From: Chrysomallon squamiferum
Lineage: Eukaryota > Animalia > Mollusca
NCBI GenBank assembly: GCA_012295275.1
Contig: CM022677.1
Coordinates: 11,284,001 to 11,348,000, forward strand
DNA: 64,000 bases
Reading direction: 5' to 3'
Both the position numbers and the translations under genes were made by a program. Below the pieces are notes generated by a model. The model worked only from the letters and a program-made list of their open reading frames with translations, was not told the DNA's origin and did no database searches. How positions within the stretch are numbered: the first letter of the stretch is position 1; every line of letters starts with the position of its first letter. Shown here one piece after another: positions 60,894 to 64,000 of the stretch.

Positions 60894-62912
60894 TACATTT
60901 CATAGGTAAATGAACTTCTAAGAAAATGTTTCTACATGCATTAACCTCGCTTTTCACAACTTTTCTTTTATTGGTCATTTTAATTATACAGTTCAGTTTT
61001 GGGTTTTCTATCTATCTGTGTGTCTGTTTGTCTCTCTATGGATTTATCTCTATATATGTATGTCTGTCTCACTCTCCATCTATCGGTCTGTCCGTCTGTC
61101 TATCCACCTACCTATCTACCTCTCAGATTACAGTGATAAGTGCAGGTGTCGCTGTAATTAAAACGTCAGTAAAAGAAATGATAAACACTCCAGAAAATAT
61201 TGATAATAAAGCAGCGATGATATTTTATCTCAATGGGAGAGGTTCTGTGTATGCTGAAAATACTGAAGGATCTTCGAGATTAATATAAATATTAATAAAT
61301 TTATTTATTTATTTATTTTGTTAACTAAGTTAATTAATTTGCATTTTCACCTTTTCACTTCTCTTTTAATAATAATGTTGCTTTTATTAATGTTTCACTA
61401 TATTCTGGACTATTTTAGTACTACTTTAAGAAAGATGCACTTGCAAATATCAATAACATGGTGAAGTTAATTCATCTTAATCTAGCCTCCCATCTCTCAA
61501 CTGCAATTCTAGTATCTTAATAAAACAAAATTAAAAAATTAAAAACGGAGAGAGAGAATAATACGCTTCCTTAAACGTTGATTTATTATTGAACTTGTTA
61601 GGTACGATATATCATTTAATTAAACAATAAGCTAATTATTTACTGCGAAATAAAATTATCTAATCTTGTTAATTAAAAAAAACAAAAACAAAAAACAGCT
61701 GTATTTTTCAATTCGCCATCTTTTCAATACATAATATTATCGCTGCGCCTCTATTAACAAAATGCATGTTATTTTCATAACGACGTGTAAAATTACTCCT
61801 ACTTAGCTTTTCAGTGAATCATGTTCTGATGTAATAAAATGTCACTTTAGAATGGAAGCGTTGTCGACATTTTGGATTTCACATATAATTCTACTGTTGT
61901 TTATAAAAACATGCTGACCTGGAAGCCCAATCTAAATTTCTGAATCACAAAGTTTTCACAGTAATGTTTACTATAATGCTATAGTAAACACATAAAACAA
62001 TATCAACAACAAGAACAACGACAACAACAATGACAAAACAACAATAGTAATATAAAGAAAACTTTAATCTTTATTCGATTTCTTTACTTCTCAGCATCCA
62101 TAGCACTTGAAATGTTAACATCATCACTACAGATCTAGATTTCAATACATTTTATGACGTAGCTATAGCTTTGCACAGACAAGTAACCTGGAGATATCCA
62201 CTTTTCAATCCTCTTCATTGTGAAATAAAACATGATGTTGTATTTTTGTATTTAATTTGTATTTGTTAATTTTTTTTAGATAACAATAAAAACGTGAGAA
62301 TGAGCAAGACATTTATCTGAGAAGCTCAATAACTACTAGTAGTACTACTACTACCAGTACTACTACTACTACTACTAATAATAATAATAAATAAATAAAT
62401 AAATAAAAAAACATCGTATAATAAAAAAATGATGCGTAGTTTATTATAATTTTTTATGTAGGTCAGAAGTGTACATTGAACATATTAAATAGGCTTCTTC
62501 ATTGTGATTTTTTAATTAACAATGTAGGATTATACTAAAAAAGTTGAGAAGAGGATAGATTAAAAATATGACATTTTTTTACTTGACCACATTACGATAT
62601 TTACTAGTGCTGAATGCCGAAGAAAAATATTTTGTTTTATAGAAGATCAGTGGATAATGAAAACATTTAGCTCGTGCTTATAGATTAACTTTTTTTATTA
62701 TTGACTTTATTAGAGATTATTAAAAAAAAGAAAAGAAAAGTATGTCACCTTTGTTATTACAATAAAACTAGAACTCTAAATCTGTGAATGCTGCAGGGAA
62801 ACAGAGAATTATGTACCCTTTTTTCAACTTGCTGAAAAGTTGATACTTAGCTTTTATTCTAGTGGAGAAATATACCCGTTTCCAGATTCATGTCATTAAC
62901 AAAAGGATCGAA

Positions 62913-62952
<40 letters not shown>

Positions 62953-64000
62953 TTTTGTAAGGGATGTGTTTGTGTTTTTTGTTTTTTTAGCTCTTCCTGA
63001 CAGAAGTAGTAATAGAAGAAAACTTTTAAATTCCTGGCAAAGCGTTGGGAAATATACTTTTTCTAAGCTGGAGTCAGTGAGATGGAGAAAGATGAAGGTG
63101 ATTTTCAATAATTACACCATAGCCTGTGTTTTTATTTTTATGGTAATTAATATTTAATCAGTATATTTTAAGAAATGTGGTATTTGTTCGTCCTGTACAA
63201 AGGCGTGTGTTTTGTGAAGAAACGTTTGGATGAAAGTTGCAAATACAAGTCGGACTGTGCAAACGTATTAAAAAATCTGCTGGCCAGTTTGGTTCTTCCA
63301 AAAATCAGTGTCGAGACATGATAAAACTTGTATCTGAGTGTTTACTAAAACACGAAACTTTGACGTAGAGTGTTGTTTTCTAGACGTAAATTGTGACACT
63401 GGACAGAGTTTACTTTCTATAAACAAATAAGATTTCAGTTTTATATGAATAAACTGAGATTCAACCAATTATAGCATGATCTAGTATAAAGAATATATGC
63501 TTTCTTTTTTCTTTTATCCTTGTTTCTGTAGTCTTTCTTAATTATTATTTTATTTATCATTTTAATTAGTATTATTGTAGTTATTGTTGTATTTACAAAA
63601 ATAACTAAATAACTAAATAAATACAATATTAAATTTAATACCGACTGCACAATTTAAATAAAATGTACGAGAAATTATCAATATTTGTTATGATGCAAAA
63701 TAGAGGAAAATATAATAAAACATCACGTTGTTTTCACTCAGTATCAATTTATAATACAGCTGGTTTTATTATTAACGTGAATTAATGTAATCTGTTCTGC
63801 TGTTAATCAAATATCACATTGATATGGATCTGACCTTTTATTTTATAGTGGCTTTCAGAAATAAATAACTGAATGACTAATATACAGGGGAACCCTCTGT
63901 TGTGAAATATTTTACTGTTAAACTGAATTACAATTTCTTCTCAACCATAAAAATAAAAAATAAAAAATTAATACTGAACACGTGAGAAGTTACACGTTAC

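Noticed and set aside
61127-61288. Exon-like open block ITVISAGVAVIKTSVKEMINTPENIDNKAAMIFYLNGRG...
   Set aside because: It has a plausible acceptor but no recognisable family or partner exons, so there is too little to call.

Overview
This is very AT-rich, microsatellite-dense eukaryotic DNA from an invertebrate animal (possibly a mollusc; that is a guess). It has GT-AG introns, TTAGGG-like repeats and a 200-N assembly gap at 37178-37377. The only long intact ORF I recognise is an intronless, N-terminally truncated prolyl 4-hydroxylase alpha catalytic domain (19011-19865, minus). Its start codon comes from an adjacent repeat. The other coding-like material is decayed: a 7-exon unprocessed MCC (mutated in colorectal cancer) pseudogene (12149-16335, minus), a Gypsy-type gag relic, possible BTB/BACK remnants, an unidentified plus-strand multi-exon unit, and three copies of a pogo-like transposase/PHD tail. 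The region 42-61 kb is a mosaic of segmental duplications. A 3.3-4.2 kb unit occurs three times (+,-,+), and copies 2 and 3 form a palindrome around a ~71-bp satellite array. The spacer between copies 1 and 2 is largely an inverted copy of 2.6-6.7 kb. I found no supportable tRNA, rRNA or CRISPR. Homology calls rest on remembered family motifs, not database searches.
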